Positions 61,370 to 64,000 of a DNA stretch of 64,000 bases are shown here, piece after piece. The position numbers and the translations under genes are program-made. The DNA comes from Camelus dromedarius (Eukaryota): positions 101,372,001 through 101,436,000 of the forward strand of contig NC_087472.1 in assembly GCF_036321535.1 (NCBI RefSeq). Reading direction: 5' to 3'. The notes beneath the pieces were generated by a model. It saw nothing but the letters and a program-made list of their open reading frames with translations. It searched no databases and was not told where the DNA came from. Numbering within the stretch: the stretch's first letter is position 1; every line of letters begins with the position of its first letter.

Positions 61370-61555
61370 TCACTGTGACCTTTACTTAATCTCTCAGTTC
61401 CCCCATCCATACAACAAAGATAATAATAACAATGCCTATTTCTTAGCATTTTGTGGAGATTAAGTAAGTGAATACATATAAAGTGCTTGGAATAGTGCCT
61501 TCCACCTACTAAGTGCTCAGTAAACATTTGTTAAATCGATGATGAAGATGATGAT
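61370..61555 (+). mobile_element. MIR SINE fragment
   Basis: ctgtgacctttacttaatctctcagttcccc...aaagtgcttggaatagtgcct...taagtgctcagtaaacatttg. Confidence 0.7.
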
Positions 61556-62000
61556 AATTTTCACATATGTTCTTAAGCCCACAAGGCCCAAGGCCACCAG
61601 AGTGACTCTCTGTTACTTTCAAACAAGAGTCTAGTTCTTTTAACTGATATTTTAATTCCAAAGTGTGGGGATCAATATTAATTCCATTCTGGCGTTACTT
61701 CCACTCACAACTCTTCTTCCAAACATGCACCAGTGTCCTCTCTCCAGGCTGTCCTCTGAAATGGTTGACTGCTTAGTGTCGTGGCTGTTAGTGGCTTCAC
61801 CATCATATGAAGGCAGCCTATGGATGTTTTAGGCAATAGAGGACTTCTGGAAGGCTGGAAGCACAGGGACCTTGCAGCAGGGCTGATCTGAGCAGAGAAG
61901 AGGGAAGACACGCTAGGTATATGGATGTGAACCTGGCATGCAAAAATAACTTTTAAGATGAATGGTAAACTGGAAATGTGTGCTCAACTGATAGCAGCAT

Positions 62001-62476
62001 TCTTTTTTAACTGAAGTATAATTGACTTACAATATTATATTCAGGTATACAGCACAGTGTTTTGATATTTTTACACATTACACAATAGTCACCATGATAA
62101 GTCTAGATACCATCAGTTGCTATACAAAGTTATTACAACATTATTGACCATATTCCCTGTGCTGTACATTATATACCCATTCCTTATTTATGTTATAACT
62201 CCAAGTTTGTACCTCCTAATCTCCCTCAGCTATTTCACTCATGCCCCCAACCCCTCCTCTCTGGCAACCACCTGATTGTTCTCTGTACTAAAGACTCTGT
62301 TTCAGTTTTGCTATGTTTGTTTATTTGTTTTGTTTTTTAGATTCCACATATGAATGAAGTCATATGATATTTATCTTTCTCCATCTGACTTATTTCACCT
62401 AGCATAATACCCTCTTGGTCAATCCATGCTGTCCTAAATGACAAGAACTCATTCTCTTTATGGCTGAGTAGTATTC

Positions 62477-62536
<60 letters not shown>

Positions 62537-62632
62537 AAACATCTTTATCCACTCATCTATTGATGGGCACTTAGATTGCTTCCATACTTGGCTATTGTAA
62601 GTAATGCTGCAGTGAACATAGGGGTGCATGTG
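62001..62632 (-). mobile_element. L1 (L1MA9-like) 3' end with ORF2 C-terminus
   Basis: ORF track WKQSKCPSIDEWIK...LEYYSAIK; 3' UTR aactgaagtataattgacttacaatattatattcaggtatacagcacagtg. Confidence 0.85.
62479..62536 (+). repeat. Compound microsatellite (GT)16(GA)13
   Basis: Counted directly from the sequence. Confidence 0.95.
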
Positions 62633-62728
62633 ATACAGTATCCTAACATATGTCCTCCTCAACTGAAACCCTGACATCTTGAAGCCTTCCAAAACGCTAA
62701 GTTGCCAGGACCTCTAGGAGAAGGTAAT

Positions 62729-62895
62729 TGTCTTAGCTTGGGTTCCTCCCAAAATAGGGACTCTGAAATGGAGCTGTTTGGAGAGTTGGTTCGAGGAAAC
62801 ACAGTAGGGGAGCAGGAAAGTGAAACAGGAAGGGAAGGCTGCCAATAAAGAATGTGATATCAAGCCAATTATTACTGTGGGCTACTGGCATTAGT
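62729..62895 (-). mobile_element. ERVL LTR16-like fragment
   Basis: tgtcttagcttgggttcctccc...ggggagcaggaaagtgaaacaggaagggaaggctgccaataaag. Confidence 0.6.
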
Positions 62896-64000
62896 AACCC
62901 AGCACTCCTGGTCTGCCACATGGGAGGGCAGTGCAGACTTCAGGGGCCAGAAAAGGCAAAGAAATGCAGATTCTGGCAAATAGAAGTGGCAGGCTGGAAT
63001 GCACTGAAGTGGCAAGGACAAGGGAACACAGGCCAAACCCTGACTGTGTCTGTTACAATAACCCAGGCATCATTGGAAGTTGTGGCTACGTCTGCACTTC
63101 TGGGGATCAGGTGGTTGTCTTACAAGCCATACTGACAAGCTGTGATTTGTCATTTTGCAAATCATTTGAGTTGAGACAAATGTGATGGTTCTCCTTAAAT
63201 GGTAATTGCATTTTCCTGGAAATCAACACAGGTTTGTTTATATGCCACTTGGATGTTGCAGCACATAGCACACGCAGATCTTGAACATCTTGAAAAAGCA
63301 GTACAGGGACCCAGCACAAGTCTGTTCACAGACCTGCCCAGAGGACACCACATGGCATGTTATTTCCTCCTCTCAACTGCATGTCACCAACAAAGGAACC
63401 CTACATGTTAGAAATGGTGCTGTTCAGAGATCTCGCAGCAGGCTACAGACGTGAGATTTCTGTCAGTGGCAGGTCTGGCATCCTTTCTGCAGTGTGTCAG
63501 TGGCATGGATGAATACTCAGGATGGGGAAGGTTGCTATTTTAATTTACATGCTATTGCTACCGTTTTGGCTGGCTTACCCAGAATGCCCCGGATACCTAT
63601 TTGAATGGGAAGTGTTCCATATTTGCAAGACAGACCATCTTGTGGAAATTGGTGTTTTGTCACTCTCTTGAACAGTGTGAAGTTAGGAAAATGGCTTGTG
63701 TGTCTTGTTTGTGTTATAGAATTCTAGCATTTTTTCCTCCCTGTCTTTCTCTCTCAAGGGAGCTGAGAAAAGCCGAAAGGATCCTTTTTACCATTTCTTC
63801 AGAACCATCTAGCATGAAAAATACAACCTTCTGTTACACCTTAATTATTGTTTGCAAAAAGTAGGAGTAGTTTCATGCCATGATTTCTATATATTACTAA
63901 AATTGCTTGGCAGAAATTTGAAAGCTATCAGAAATCATTTTTGTTTTTGAAAATTTCTTCTTTTTATTTTTCTCTTGCAATAGTGGTAAATTAAACAAAA

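Noticed and set aside
61989..62643. TSD for the 62-kb L1 (tgatagcagcattc vs tgatacagtatcc)
   Set aside because: Needs an indel and several mismatches; plausible for an old element but too degenerate to assert.

Overview
Mammalian, repeat-rich, apparently non-genic DNA (intergenic or deep intronic). A tRNA-derived SINE at ~45.9 kb and the young L1 3' ends resemble camelid (Camelus/Vicugna) families, judged from memory rather than a search. I found no intact protein-coding gene, convincing exon chain, tRNA/rRNA gene or CRISPR array. The one protein-derived feature is a full-length processed RPL5 pseudogene (minus strand, 11474-12488) with a perfect 16-bp target-site duplication (TSD) and several frameshifts. 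The rest is layered transposon sequence (MIR, L2, MLT1, LTR16/LTR33, MER5/MER33/MER53/MER58/MER63/MER82/MER94, old and young L1) separated by unique stretches that may be enhancers. The most unusual structures are: an L1 insertion bounded by one TSD that joins the ORF2 endonuclease directly to the ORF2 C-terminus through a short, probably inverted filler; a ~200-bp L1 fragment truncated at both ends but with a perfect 17-bp TSD; and a palindromic MER53 with an internal ~100-bp duplication. I see no evidence of a novel multi-gene system. Repeat subfamily names and most boundaries are approximate, assigned by eye.
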